From an uncultured Acholeplasmatales bacterium (lineage in GTDB: Bacteria > Bacillota_I > Bacilli_A > ML615J-28 > CAG-698), in contig CALEGD010000067.1 in assembly GCA_937877075.1 (NCBI GenBank), positions 1 through 60,004 on the forward strand: a stretch of DNA of 60,004 nt, written 5' to 3'. A model generated the notes under the pieces. The model was not told the DNA's origin. It saw only the letters and a program-made list of their open reading frames with translations, and did no database searches. Positions 1 to 10,277 of the stretch are shown in pieces (the stretch's first letter is position 1; each line of letters starts with the position of its first letter). Position numbers and translations under genes: made by a program.

Positions 1-12
1 TTTGATAACGTC

Positions 13-252
13 TTATGCTATATTTCTGTACAGTAGACAAAACCAACTGTTTTGCAAGGCTTCAAGTTTAGCTTTCTCTTCTGCTCGGACTTTTTCAAGA
101 GCATCCATCACGTCATTTTCACTAGAGATGGTTTTCTTTTTAGTCTTAGTTCCCTTTGCTTGGGAAGTTTTAGCGGAGCTTTTCGGAGTTAAATCCTCTT
201 CTTCACTTGTATTATCAGTAATATCTAATTTTTCAGGAGTAACTTCTTTCAT
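13..252 (-). CDS. Hypothetical charged protein (3' end possibly disrupted near the window edge)
   Basis: ATG with GAGGA SD; Lys/Glu-rich low-complexity N-terminus; follows the 332-aa gene on the same strand. Confidence 0.5.
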   Translation of the reverse strand: MKEVTPEKLDITDNTSEEEDLTPKSSAKTSQAKGTKTKKKTISSENDVMDALEKVRAEEKAKLEALQNSWFCLLYRNIA

Positions 253-291
253 AATTTCCTCTTTCCCAAGACGGGCTTGTATTACAGTTTA

Positions 292-1290
292 TCAAAAAAT
301 TGATAAAATTAAATTAAAGATTATAAACACAAAAAGAATTCCGGCCCCTACAATACATAATGTCATCAATACATTTTTTAAGCCCGTTATAAAAGGTTTT
401 GATTTCTTATATTTATAAGCTCGATCAACTAGAACCTGGCAAATCTGCTTAAAGACGGCGATATTGATTTCGCCTTCTTGAACAGATTCAATTTCCAAGG
501 GCGGAAAATAGGGATTCTTCGTTTTGCTTATAGATTTTAAATAATATTTTCTTGCCTTTCTCCATTTCTTCTTATAGGACCTGCTGATTGTTCTTTCGGA
601 TCGGTCTAAATAAGATTGAGCAAGGCGATAATTACGGGAAAAATCTCTTGAAATCAGAGAATAAATAAATGAATAAAAAATCGATACCAGGATTATATAT
701 ACGGATAGATTTCCAATCACTTTAAGCCAAGTTGACGATTCATACATCCCCAAAAGGATTCGATGAAAATAACTTCCGATTGGGGAAGATGTAAACCTAC
801 TCCAAATATAACTATTGGTTCCGACTACAAGGACCGTAAAGATAAAGAGAAAACATAGAAGCAGTTTTGATTTCAACGAAAACTTTAAAGAAGAAACTTC
901 TCCGATTACTTCTACGGTTTTGTCATTTTCAATAAAAGCGGTATCCTTCTGACTATTATAATCCTTATTCCAAGTTTTAAAAGCTTTTTTTATGATTTTC
1001 TTGCGTTTTCCGTAAGTAAAATCAGGGTTTCTAATTACATCCCCAAAAGGGATTTCTTGCCTCCCAGTATTTACTAAAAATTCCTCTATACTTAAGACCG
1101 GAAATAATGCTGTCTCCGGGTTATAAAGAAAGGGGTTAGTCCTTAGGAAAGTCATTTTGATAGGATCAGTCGCCGGTCCAACGAATTTTGGTTCATCACT
1201 TTTAACCGTCTCTACAAACTTTCCGCGCTTCCCATTATCAGGGTTATAAATATAATATTTGGGCGAGTCTTGTTTATACATCAGTTTCAC
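292..1290 (-). CDS. Hypothetical membrane protein (~3 TM helices)
   Basis: 332-aa ORF with three hydrophobic segments; overlaps the upstream gene stop by 4 nt. Confidence 0.75.
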   Translation of the reverse strand: MKLMYKQDSPKYYIYNPDNGKRGKFVETVKSDEPKFVGPATDPIKMTFLRTNPFLYNPETALFPVLSIEEFLVNTGRQEIPFGDVIRNPDFTYGKRKKIIKKAFKTWNKDYNSQKDTAFIENDKTVEVIGEVSSLKFSLKSKLLLCFLFIFTVLVVGTNSYIWSRFTSSPIGSYFHRILLGMYESSTWLKVIGNLSVYIILVSIFYSFIYSLISRDFSRNYRLAQSYLDRSERTISRSYKKKWRKARKYYLKSISKTKNPYFPPLEIESVQEGEINIAVFKQICQVLVDRAYKYKKSKPFITGLKNVLMTLCIVGAGILFVFIIFNLILSIF

Positions 1291-2969
1291 CCTTTCAATA
1301 TTTCTGCTTTTAGGGAATCGGTTAAATATTTATTTTCAAGAAGAACAATCTCTTGAAAAATCAATGGGTCAGCTAATTCTTGCCGGACAAAGTCATAAAC
1401 GATGCTATCCGATTCCAAAAGCAGGGAATTTATATATTTCTCGGCAACATTTTGATTAAGTAATCCTGAAGTAACCTGTTCATCAAGTTTGAGAAGAACA
1501 TCTTGAAATTCTTCAATCCCAAAACTATCATAACCTTGAGGATCAGCCAAATATTTAGTAAAGAAGTATTCCGAATAAAGCTCATGTCCGTAGTTAACAG
1601 ATGAGGATAAACAATCAAGAAGATAACTCTTTATTAAAACGTGATTTTCCCATAAAGGGGTTTGCAACCAGTTTTTTTCTTCCTCACTAAGTATAATTCC
1701 CGCTTCAAAGGAAAGATGGGGAGGCAGATCTATCAATCTGTCTTTATATTTAAGATAATTTCTAAAAATCTCCTTAAGTATCGGATAATCGGAATTATCA
1801 GTTTTTAGAAACTCATCTGCTATTTCCTGAAGCTTTAGAGATTTTAGTAAAGATTCAAAATACTTTACATAAATAGCTATATCACTTATTTCCCCTTCAC
1901 TAGAAAACTCGTTTATGAAAAAATCAGAGTTTTCTTTGTAGTAAAGAGAAGCTTCAAGTCCCTTATTAAATACCTCTTTTCTTTCCTTATCGGAAATCTC
2001 CTTAAGAATTTCTTCTTGATTTTCTTCGAAGATATTAATAAGTGTATAAAAATTAAGATCAGTAAGATCAGTGTTCAAGTATTCATAATATACCAGAATA
2101 TATCCTTCATTTTTCCTTAATAACGCATACTTAGACGAGATTAAGGAAAAATTGTTGTTTGCTTTTTCGTTTTCCAATATTAGTTCAGAGATTCTCTTAT
2201 TATCGACTCGTTTCACTAACCCTTGAAGATAATTATTTCCTTCAAGATTGTCTTCAATCAATGCTTTAGAAGCATCAGAAAGCAATGGATGAATCTCAGT
2301 TTCTAAATATATTTCTAAATCAGGAAGATAAATTAAAAAATCATGTGCTTCTGAATAAAAATCAAAAGCTGTTCTACCGGTTAAGAGATTTATCTCTTTT
2401 TGATATTTATGAAACTTCTCAACATTTATATTTTGATATCGATTAAGTTTCGAGATCGTAATTACTTTACTTTCTGTTCCAATTAACACCCTTGTTAGAG
2501 GGCTATGATAATTTATATTAATAAAAGGTTTAATCACATAGATAAGAATCAAACAAATTACATAACCACTTAAAAGGCCCAGGGTACCTCCGAGAATCCG
2601 AAACAATCTTGAGGGCTGATTCAAGACTCGTTTTTGAACTGACGGTCTAAAGAGTCGATAGATAAACCAAATAAAAACAGCAAGTATAACATAAGCCAAA
2701 GCATAGGCAATTAAGACATTAAAGAGATGCCGGTGAGGACTACTTTTAAAAAACCCCAGTCCGGTTATTTTTATATATACGGTCATGATTGCATCAAAAA
2801 GAAAGTACAGTAAGATAAGCGGTAAAGCTAATACCAAGGTATTACCTGCTTGTCGGTAAAGACCTAAGTATATACCGGTTAAAAAGGAAACTGCTAGGAC
2901 CAGGAGTATAATTACATCAAAAGAAAAGGTTGCGAATATGTTCAAGTCTAAGTCCTCCTCTTCAAGCAT
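1287..2969 (-). CDS. CvpA-family membrane protein with a long C-terminal helical extension
   Basis: N-terminal 'FDVIILLVLAVSFLTGIYLGL' and 'RILGGTLGLLSG' match the CvpA pattern; ~400-aa soluble tail. Confidence 0.65.
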   Translation of the reverse strand: MLEEEDLDLNIFATFSFDVIILLVLAVSFLTGIYLGLYRQAGNTLVLALPLILLYFLFDAIMTVYIKITGLGFFKSSPHRHLFNVLIAYALAYVILAVFIWFIYRLFRPSVQKRVLNQPSRLFRILGGTLGLLSGYVICLILIYVIKPFININYHSPLTRVLIGTESKVITISKLNRYQNINVEKFHKYQKEINLLTGRTAFDFYSEAHDFLIYLPDLEIYLETEIHPLLSDASKALIEDNLEGNNYLQGLVKRVDNKRISELILENEKANNNFSLISSKYALLRKNEGYILVYYEYLNTDLTDLNFYTLINIFEENQEEILKEISDKERKEVFNKGLEASLYYKENSDFFINEFSSEGEISDIAIYVKYFESLLKSLKLQEIADEFLKTDNSDYPILKEIFRNYLKYKDRLIDLPPHLSFEAGIILSEEEKNWLQTPLWENHVLIKSYLLDCLSSSVNYGHELYSEYFFTKYLADPQGYDSFGIEEFQDVLLKLDEQVTSGLLNQNVAEKYINSLLLESDSIVYDFVRQELADPLIFQEIVLLENKYLTDSLKAEILKG

Positions 2970-3087
2970 CCTGATGTTTTATGTATAATCATTTGTAATT
3001 ATAACATTTTTCTTCCCTTTTTACAATATTTTCAGTATAATGTTTTAAAAAAGAATTAGGAAAAGAAAATTAGCGCCCATTTGGCGC

Positions 3088-4050
3088 TTATTTTCTTTCT
3101 TCGTCAAGGAATTTAAAGTAACCAGCAACCGCAATCATAGCAGCATTATCCGTACAATACTTGATTGATGGGTATGATAGGAAGCAATTATCCAATTCAT
3201 TAACTTTTTCGGCTAAGGATTTTCTAAGCCCAAGATTTGCAGCAACTCCTCCGGCAATGATGATTTGACGAACTTGAAATTCTTTGGCTGCATGAATAGT
3301 CTTATCAACTAAGACCCTAACCGCGCTGTTTTGAAATGAAGCGGCTAAATCAACTAAGTTAACTTCTTCATTTTTCATCTTAGCGGTATTCAAGAGATTT
3401 ATCACTGCCGATTTAAGTCCGGAAAAAGAAAAATCATAATTATCTTTATCTAAGTAGATCAGAGGAAGTTTATAAGTTGGATTCCCTTGATGAGCAAGTT
3501 TATCAACAAGGGCTCCGGCCGGATAAACCAGCCCCATAACTCTTCCGACTTTATCATAACATTCACCTACGGCATCATCAAGTGTTTGCCCTAAGACCTT
3601 AAAACGGTAGTGATCTGACATCAGAATTAATTCGGTATGACCACCCGAGACAACCAAAGCCAAAAGCGGAAAATGAAAATCACTTTCAATATAATTGGCA
3701 TAAATATGACCCTTGATATGATCAACACCGATAAATTTAATATTATGAGCAAGTGCAAAAGCTTTTGCTGCATTGATGCCGACAATCAAAGAACCAATCA
3801 AGCCCGGATGTGTAGTCACGGCAACTAAATCTATATCTTCAGGTTTTATCTTCGCAACACGTAAGGCCTCTTCAAAAACCAAAGTTATTTTTCGAATATG
3901 ATGACGGCTTGCAACTTCAGGAACGACGCCGCCATATTCTTGATGAAATTTTATTTGTGTATAAACTATATTAGCGAGAACCTCTTTTCCATTCTTAACG
4001 ACAGCAACGCTTGTCTCATCACAACTGGTTTCAACACCTAATACGATCAT
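3088..4050 (-). CDS. tsaD: tRNA t6A37 threonylcarbamoyltransferase subunit TsaD
   Basis: LGVETSCDET, YGGVVPEVASRHH, VSGGHT and CTDNAAMIA motifs. Confidence 0.97.
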   Translation of the reverse strand: MIVLGVETSCDETSVAVVKNGKEVLANIVYTQIKFHQEYGGVVPEVASRHHIRKITLVFEEALRVAKIKPEDIDLVAVTTHPGLIGSLIVGINAAKAFALAHNIKFIGVDHIKGHIYANYIESDFHFPLLALVVSGGHTELILMSDHYRFKVLGQTLDDAVGECYDKVGRVMGLVYPAGALVDKLAHQGNPTYKLPLIYLDKDNYDFSFSGLKSAVINLLNTAKMKNEEVNLVDLAASFQNSAVRVLVDKTIHAAKEFQVRQIIIAGGVAANLGLRKSLAEKVNELDNCFLSYPSIKYCTDNAAMIAVAGYFKFLDEERK

Positions 4051-4499
4051 TCTTTCACCTCAAATGTTTTAATCATTACAAAAGCATCGGTTCCATCTTG
4101 ATAATAAGCTTTTCTGATATGAGAAAAGGTAAATCCAAACTTTTCATAAAGGTTTCTTGCCGGAAGATTATTTTGACGTACTTCCAAACTAATTGTTCTG
4201 ACTTTGCTCATTTGGCAGAGATTTAAGGCAAAATCAAGGAGCATTTTTCCAAAACCTAGACCTCGATAATTCTTGGAGATATAGAAATTAATAATTTCTG
4301 CTCCCTCTCCAGTTATCCATAAACCAAGGTAGCCACCGACATAATTGTCAATTTCCAATACCAAATAATGAGCATAAGGATTCAGTTTAAGATCCGTATA
4401 TATCAAATCATAACCGAGCGAGGAACCAAAAATCTCCTCTTCCGCTTGTACAATATCCCAAATATCTTTTTCTTCAAGTGGTCTTATTTTATATTTCAT
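4047..4499 (-). CDS. rimI: Ribosomal-protein-alanine N-acetyltransferase (GNAT)
   Basis: YRGLGFG acetyl-CoA motif, LEVRQNN, RKAYYQDGTDA; lies between tsaB and tsaD. Confidence 0.92.
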   Translation of the reverse strand: MKYKIRPLEEKDIWDIVQAEEEIFGSSLGYDLIYTDLKLNPYAHYLVLEIDNYVGGYLGLWITGEGAEIINFYISKNYRGLGFGKMLLDFALNLCQMSKVRTISLEVRQNNLPARNLYEKFGFTFSHIRKAYYQDGTDAFVMIKTFEVKE

Positions 4500-5071
4500 A
4501 TTTCACTTCGCAAATAATTAGGAGTAAGTTCATGTAGGTTTGAGACCGGATGAATATTTAAATTCAAAGGATTAAAACGATAATTATCGGAATTAACTTC
4601 AAAATAATTATAGCCTTCTATTTTCTTTAAAAATTTTTCGGTTTCCAAAAAACAATCATCAAAAATTACATTTTGACCTCCCGATTTTATTTCAAGAAGT
4701 TTTCCATAGACATGACCTTTTTTTGCTCGTGATGTGATGGCATAAATTCCGTCATTATTAAAATATCCGGAAGCAAGAATATCCAAGGAACTGGCAGTAT
4801 AAAGAGGTATTTCTAAAGTCCAAGCGAACATCTTTGCGACGGTTAAAGCAACTCTTAAACCGGTATAAGAACCGGGACCGATACCAACAATTATCTTTTT
4901 GAAATCGCTCAATCTTAAATTACATTGGTCAAGGCCGGCACTAACTGCTTGAAGCAGATTTTCGGAATGATTATTCCGCCCCTCACCCTTTATTAGATAG
5001 ATTTCTTTGTTGTTATCGTAAAAAGAGATATAGAGAATATTAGATGATGCATCCAGTACTAAAGTTTTCAT
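4496..5071 (-). CDS. tsaB: t6A biosynthesis protein TsaB
   Basis: LDASS, HSENL and GIGPGSYTGLRV motifs. Confidence 0.95.
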   Translation of the reverse strand: MKTLVLDASSNILYISFYDNNKEIYLIKGEGRNNHSENLLQAVSAGLDQCNLRLSDFKKIIVGIGPGSYTGLRVALTVAKMFAWTLEIPLYTASSLDILASGYFNNDGIYAITSRAKKGHVYGKLLEIKSGGQNVIFDDCFLETEKFLKKIEGYNYFEVNSDNYRFNPLNLNIHPVSNLHELTPNYLRSEI

Positions 5072-5520
5072 CTGCTCACACTTTCGATTATTTTTTTGTA
5101 TTTTGGCTCATCCGCAGACAACCTAATAAGTCTTTTAGTTTCTCCGAGATTAATAATGTCAATTTTTAGATAAGATTCCGGAAGAAGATAAAGGATATTT
5201 TCCGCCCATTCTATAACACAAACCCCGTCATTTTCAAAAAACTCCTCAAGATCATCATCACCGCTATCAGGACTGAGCCGATAGACATCCATGTGATAAA
5301 GAGGAAGTATACCTTCATGTATTTTTAAAATGGTAAAGGTAGGACTGTTAATGATAGTTTTGACTTCCAAGGCCTTACCTATACCCTTCGTAAAGGTTGT
5401 CTTACCGGCACCGAGATCACCACTTAAGGCAATAATCATATTTTTCTCCAAGAGCTTTCCGATTCGGTAACCAAGATCAATTATTTCACTTTTTTGATTA
5501 ATCAATATTTCTTTCTGCAT
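5068..5520 (-). CDS. tsaE: t6A biosynthesis ATPase TsaE
   Basis: GDLGAGKTTF, SPTF, HMDVYRL and IEWA motifs. Confidence 0.96.
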   Translation of the reverse strand: MQKEILINQKSEIIDLGYRIGKLLEKNMIIALSGDLGAGKTTFTKGIGKALEVKTIINSPTFTILKIHEGILPLYHMDVYRLSPDSGDDDLEEFFENDGVCVIEWAENILYLLPESYLKIDIINLGETKRLIRLSADEPKYKKIIESVSR

Positions 5521-5579
5521 TATTTCACCTGATTATTATATATTATACCACATTTTAAAAGGACTTTTACCGAAGATAA

Positions 5580-6251
5580 TTAGTTTTTATCTAGATAATA
5601 AGCAATTCCTAAGTAAATGGCATAGGCAAGCTTTTCCTGATAGTAATCATCTCTAAGCATTCTTACCTCTTCCGGATTCGATAAGAATCCAATTTCTACA
5701 AGACAGCCTGTTTTATTAGCATTGTCAATCAAAAATTTATCATTAATCGACTTCGCAAATCTCTTAGTATTCTGTAGCAGAGATTTGATTGTTTCTTGAA
5801 TCGACTCTGCAAGCTCCATTGATTTTATAGAGGAAGACTTATAAAAAACTTGGGCTCCGTAAATCCTTGGACTTGAAAATTTATTAGCATGAATAGAAAC
5901 ATAAAGTAAGCAATCTGAAGAGTTAATCAAATCCACGCGTTTATAAATATCTTCCCGTTTTCGATTTTCGCTGATATCGGGGGCCAAATCATAATCCCCG
6001 TTTCTTGTCATCATGACTTCATAACCAGCTTGTTCTAAAAACCTTTTTAGGTTTTTTCCGACAGCAAGAACAATATCCTTTTCCATGATACCGTCAATAC
6101 CGACGGCACCACCGTCTGAACCTCCATGCCCGGGATCTATATAAATTAGTTTTGAGGTTTTGGTAATGCTTCTACTGACGACCACCGCTCCGACTGAAGT
6201 GATGAACAAAACGGATAAAATGATAATATTAAAGAGTTTCTTGATTGTCAT
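5580..6251 (-). CDS. cwlD: N-acetylmuramoyl-L-alanine amidase, CwlD-like (Amidase_3)
   Basis: N-terminal TM; IDPGHGGSDGGA, MTRNGDYDLA...RKRED, SIHAN, GAQVFY, VEIGFLSNPEE; start moved to ATG 6251 (AGGTGA SD). Confidence 0.75.
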   Translation of the reverse strand: MTIKKLFNIIILSVLFITSVGAVVVSRSITKTSKLIYIDPGHGGSDGGAVGIDGIMEKDIVLAVGKNLKRFLEQAGYEVMMTRNGDYDLAPDISENRKREDIYKRVDLINSSDCLLYVSIHANKFSSPRIYGAQVFYKSSSIKSMELAESIQETIKSLLQNTKRFAKSINDKFLIDNANKTGCLVEIGFLSNPEEVRMLRDDYYQEKLAYAIYLGIAYYLDKN

Positions 6252-6270
6252 TTTTTCACCTACAATAATC

Positions 6271-6300
6271 AACTTATTAATATTTTGGTTTAAAAATGAC
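6271..6300 (-). promoter_or_regulatory. Putative sigma-E-like promoter of cwlD
   Basis: Minus strand gTCATTTT-N14-AATAAGTT resembles the sigE consensus (TCATAtt-N14-CATAcaaT); AT-rich background lowers specificity. Confidence 0.35.
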
Positions 6301-6358
6301 AAAAATCAAATATATCAAAATATATTTGATTAATTTCTTAATATTAAGGTTATTCTAA

Positions 6359-7678
6359 TCATAGTTTTTTCTTTAGTTCTTCGCTTAATGCTTCATAACC
6401 AGGTTTACCAAGTAATGCAAACATATTTTTCTTATAAGCTTCAACACCTTCTTGATCAAAAGGATTGATACCCAATAGATAACCGCTGACTCCACAAGCA
6501 AACATAAAGAAATAAACAAGGCGGCCAAACTCATAAGCCGATATTTCTGGTAGATTTAAGATTAGGTTCGGTACATTTCCATCAACATGTGCGAGCACAG
6601 TACCTTTGAGTGCTTGTTTATTAACTATGTCTAACATCTTTCCTGAAAGATAGTTAAGACCGTCAAAATCACCAGCTTCGGCTTCTAAGAGAACATCTTT
6701 CTCCGGTTTTTCAATATTCAAAACTGTTTCAAACAAGATTCTTTTACCATCTTGAATATATTGGCCTAAAGAATGCAAATCGGTTGTATAAATAACACTG
6801 GCCGGGAATAAGCCTTTTCCAGATTTTCCTTCGGACTCGCCAAAAAGTTGTTTATACCATTCACCTAGATATTTTAATTTTGGTTCATAAGTTACAAAAA
6901 TTTCAATTTCCTTCCCTTTTCGGTAAAGTATATTCCTGATAGCGGCATACAGTAAGGCATCGTTTTTTAAATAAGGTTGATTGAGACAAGCTCGTCTTTC
7001 TGCTTGCGCTCCTTCAATAATTGCCTTAATGTCAATACCGCTTGTTGCAAGAGGCAAAAGCCCGACCGCAGTCAAAACCGAATAGCGACCACCGATATCC
7101 TCTGGAATCGGAAAAATCTCATAACCTTTTTCCTTCGCAACTCGATAAAGAACACCTTTACCGATAGTTGTTGTCGCATAGATACGTTTATTTGAGGAAG
7201 CTCCATATTTATTTTGAAGTAAATTTCTAAAAAGGCGGAAAGCAATTGCCGGTTCGGTAGTTGTTCCTGATTTAGAAATAATATTGATAGAAAAATCCTT
7301 ATCTTGAAGATAATCAAGAATTTCTTTTGAATAAGCGGGGGAGAGTGTATTCCCTACAAAGATAACTTTCGTTCCAGAAGATTTCAGGAAATACGGAGAA
7401 AGCATAGAAAGACCGGCTTTAGCTCCAAGATACGAACCACCGATTCCAATTACCAAAAGCACTTCCGAATCTTGACGAATTCTTTTAGCAGCCTCACAAA
7501 TTCTTTCAAAATCGGTAAAAACTTCTTTTTCCGGATAATCAACCCAGCCTAAGAAATCATTTCCTAGACCGGTTTTATTGAGAAGTTTTTCTTTAGCGGC
7601 CAGGACTTCTCCCGCGATATTGTTTATTTCTTTTTCAGAAACAAATTTTAAAGCATTTTTATAATTAAGCAATTTCAT
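6359..7678 (-). CDS. pgi: Glucose-6-phosphate isomerase
   Basis: [34 protein letters not shown] and [12 protein letters not shown] motifs. Confidence 0.97.
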   Translation of the reverse strand: MKLLNYKNALKFVSEKEINNIAGEVLAAKEKLLNKTGLGNDFLGWVDYPEKEVFTDFERICEAAKRIRQDSEVLLVIGIGGSYLGAKAGLSMLSPYFLKSSGTKVIFVGNTLSPAYSKEILDYLQDKDFSINIISKSGTTTEPAIAFRLFRNLLQNKYGASSNKRIYATTTIGKGVLYRVAKEKGYEIFPIPEDIGGRYSVLTAVGLLPLATSGIDIKAIIEGAQAERRACLNQPYLKNDALLYAAIRNILYRKGKEIEIFVTYEPKLKYLGEWYKQLFGESEGKSGKGLFPASVIYTTDLHSLGQYIQDGKRILFETVLNIEKPEKDVLLEAEAGDFDGLNYLSGKMLDIVNKQALKGTVLAHVDGNVPNLILNLPEISAYEFGRLVYFFMFACGVSGYLLGINPFDQEGVEAYKKNMFALLGKPGYEALSEELKKKL

Positions 7679-7688
7679 TTACCTCGTT

Positions 7689-8078
7689 TCAGAAATGTAT
7701 TTTTAATCTTCCCTCTTCAAGCAAATTGGTCGTAAGAGGATTCTTTTTTATAACTTCCAATTGTTTTTGAATAAACTCCGGAACAGCTAACTTAAGGGTT
7801 TTAAACCCAATGATATATTTCGGAATATCTCCTTTAACTCCTCTTTTTTTATTCAGAAATTTATAACTAAGTTTCAGTCTTTTCATTTTCTCGTCAACAT
7901 CAAGTACTTTTAATTTTACCCTTTGACCAACCGAAACATAATCATCAATATTTCTGACATAATTATCGGAGAATTCAGAGATATGGATTAAACCGTCATA
8001 ATCTTCAACGGTTACAAATGCGCCATAACCAAGAATATTGGTTATTTTTCCATAAACAATTTCTCCCTTTTTTACCAT
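7689..8078 (-). CDS. S1 RNA-binding protein (YugI/GSP13/CvfD family)
   Basis: S1 motif GKITNILGYGAFV..DGLIHISE; adjacent to pgi as in Bacilli. Confidence 0.85.
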   Translation of the reverse strand: MVKKGEIVYGKITNILGYGAFVTVEDYDGLIHISEFSDNYVRNIDDYVSVGQRVKLKVLDVDEKMKRLKLSYKFLNKKRGVKGDIPKYIIGFKTLKLAVPEFIQKQLEVIKKNPLTTNLLEEGRLKIHF

Positions 8079-8180
8079 TTTTCACCTCGTTTGTATATGC
8101 AAACATTATAACATATTTCCATTTACTTGTTAAGGGGTTAGAAGATTTCCCTAAAATTATAAAAAATACAAGCAGATTTG

Positions 8181-8205
8181 AAAAAAGGGCGAAACCGCCC
8201 CGAAA
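8181..8205 (-). terminator. Rho-independent terminator of the nifU-like gene
   Basis: Minus strand GGGCG-GTTT-CGCCC followed by a T-tract. Confidence 0.75.
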
Positions 8206-8210
8206 ATCAT

Positions 8211-8468
8211 TTATTCTATATTTTCAACACCAATAATTCCCGGAACTTCTTCAAGTATTATCGCTTCAATTCCGTCTTTTAGGGTTAAGTTTACGCTTGG
8301 GCAGCCGACACAAGCTCCGACCAATCTAACATAAACAATACCGTCATCTATTCTAACAAACTCAACATCGCCACCATCACGTTGTAAATAAGGACGGATC
8401 TTGTTGATGATTGTTTTAACAACTTTTTCTGTATCCTGTTGATTCAGGTTATTTGTTTCCATAATCAC
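8211..8468 (-). CDS. NifU/Nfu-type Fe-S scaffold protein
   Basis: IRPYLQRDGGDVE and GACVGCPS (CxxC) motifs. Confidence 0.92.
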   Translation of the reverse strand: MIMETNNLNQQDTEKVVKTIINKIRPYLQRDGGDVEFVRIDDGIVYVRLVGACVGCPSVNLTLKDGIEAIILEEVPGIIGVENIE

Positions 8469-8530
8469 AATCCTTTCTCAAATATATTATACTACAAAAT
8501 TTAAAATTTTAAAAATGATTTGTTTTATTT

Positions 8531-9187
8531 TTATCTTACGGGATTAGGTAGGTATTCACTGTCGGTATTATGGTAATAATAAATCGGGACTTTCCCTTGT
8601 ATCACTTGTACAACAATTGGAATTCGAGTTTCAACTTCTATCTCCTGTCTTTGGAGTGGAATTACGGTCACAAATCGAACCTTCGCAACAATACTGATTT
8701 CCAAGAGCATATTATTAATTCCATAATTATCGAAGGTTGTAACAACATCACAAATGGTACTGCCGACCGGAAAAATATCAATATCAATTTTCGGACCATA
8801 GCCGGCAAAGAATATTTCACTAATTACGATATTAAGAGGTAGTTCTAAATTGTTTAAAACTTCATTATTTTCAATTCTGGAAAGTTCTTCTTGGATCTGT
8901 TTAGTGGTCTCTGCCATTATCCGGTTAACTTGATAAGTATTTATATAAATACTGTCAATCTCTGTACCGACGGTTGTTGTCTTTATTAAATTTTCTAAAT
9001 CGATATTTGGTAGAACCGTTTCGGAAATTGCATTTGATAAGATGTTTGCAGCTTCAAGCTTTGCCTTTTGTTCAACATATGTCTTCACTCGTTCCGAAAA
9101 ATATCCGGATAAGAAATTAATGATAAAAATAATTATAAATAAAAACAATAATATTTTCATCAGTTTTAAAATCTGTTTTACCTTCAT
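8531..9187 (-). CDS. yunB: Sporulation protein YunB-like
   Basis: N-terminal TM; GPKI.I...PVGS, F..YGINN and IVVQVIQGKVP.YY motifs typical of YunB. Confidence 0.85.
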   Translation of the reverse strand: MKVKQILKLMKILLFLFIIIFIINFLSGYFSERVKTYVEQKAKLEAANILSNAISETVLPNIDLENLIKTTTVGTEIDSIYINTYQVNRIMAETTKQIQEELSRIENNEVLNNLELPLNIVISEIFFAGYGPKIDIDIFPVGSTICDVVTTFDNYGINNMLLEISIVAKVRFVTVIPLQRQEIEVETRIPIVVQVIQGKVPIYYYHNTDSEYLPNPVR

Positions 9188-9274
9188 ATTATCTCCTCAT
9201 TAAATTATAGTATCCAAACTTAAATAAATGTATATAAATTCTTAATCTTAAAATAATAAGTGCGAGGTGAAAAG

Positions 9275-9745
9275 ATGAAAGTTAAAGATTTAATGACCAA
9301 AAAAGTTATAACTGTTTCTAAAAATGAAAAACTAAGTGAAGTAGCAGAACTCTTTTGTAAATACGATATTGGATTTGTAGTGGTAATTAATTCCGAACGT
9401 GATGTTTTAGGAGTAGTGACTGATCGAGATATTATTGTTCGTGGTCTGGCAAAGGGAATGAGTGGGGAAGATCTTGTTGAAAAAGTTATGACTCCGGTGA
9501 GCGTTGAAATTCACAAAGACGAGAATGTAAGGCGAGCCCTAGAAATGATGGGAGAGTATCAAATCAGGCGTTTGGTCGTAATCAATGATGAAAAGAAACT
9601 ATGCGGAGTAATAAGTTTAGCCGATCTTGCCCGCGGCAGATATACAAATAAACTTGTAAATGAAATACTTTATGAGATATCACTCCCCAATCCTCAAAAA
9701 GAAAAACCGATGAAATTTTTAGAAGTTGATGATTATCCCTTATAA
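9275..9745 (+). CDS. CBS-domain pair protein (YlbB/YhcV-like)
   Basis: VKDLMTKKV, GVVTDRDIIVR, MGEYQIRRL, GVISLADL; start at ATG 9275 after GAGGTGA SD. Confidence 0.88.
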   Translation: MKVKDLMTKKVITVSKNEKLSEVAELFCKYDIGFVVVINSERDVLGVVTDRDIIVRGLAKGMSGEDLVEKVMTPVSVEIHKDENVRRALEMMGEYQIRRLVVINDEKKLCGVISLADLARGRYTNKLVNEILYEISLPNPQKEKPMKFLEVDDYPL

Positions 9746-9770
9746 AAAACTTGCCATCCGGCAAGTTTTT
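9745..9770. terminator. Bidirectional terminator between the CBS gene and ispF
   Basis: AAAAACTTGCC-ATCC-GGCAAGTTTTT perfect inverted repeat between convergent genes. Confidence 0.8.
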
Positions 9771-9773
9771 AGT

Positions 9774-10277
9774 TTACAATAACTTTTTTATAATTCTATC
9801 TTCTTTGTATATTAGAACAACACACTCAGCTCCGACTCCTTCGCCGTGTCCGATAAAACCCATACCCTCACCTCTAGTCGCCTTTAGATTGACTTGGTTA
9901 AAATCAATCAAGAGGTACTTAGCAATATTGGCTTTCATTTCTTGAACAAAGGGCTTAAGCAGAGGTTTTTCTAAATAGACGGTGATATCGAGATTGGATA
10001 TTTTATATCCGTATTCTTTTAAAAGCTTTCTCGTTTCTGATACAAAAAAAGAAGAATCGATATCTTTATACTGAGGATCGGTGTCAGAAAAATGAGTTCC
10101 GAGATCACCTAAGCCTAAGGCGCCAATAATAGCTTCACTTACAGCATGGAAAACACAGTCAGCATCCGAATGGCCGATTAAACCAAATTCAAAGGGGATT
10201 TCTACGCCACCAAGAATTAATTTTCTGTTTTTTCCGAAACGATGAACATCTTGGGAATGACCGATTCGATACTTCAT
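9774..10277 (-). CDS. ispF: 2-C-methyl-D-erythritol 2,4-cyclodiphosphate synthase
   Basis: RIGHSQDVH, LILGGV, GHSDAD and GLGDLGTHF motifs. Confidence 0.96.
   Translation of the reverse strand: MKYRIGHSQDVHRFGKNRKLILGGVEIPFEFGLIGHSDADCVFHAVSEAIIGALGLGDLGTHFSDTDPQYKDIDSSFFVSETRKLLKEYGYKISNLDITVYLEKPLLKPFVQEMKANIAKYLLIDFNQVNLKATRGEGMGFIGHGEGVGAECVVLIYKEDRIIKKLL

Noticed and set aside
1-60. ATTTCT..GTAGAC resembling a Cas12a repeat end; TGTCTAC occurs near both window ends in inverted orientation
   Set aside because: Single copy, no spacers or cas genes, and only a 7-bp match; may be an edge or assembly artefact
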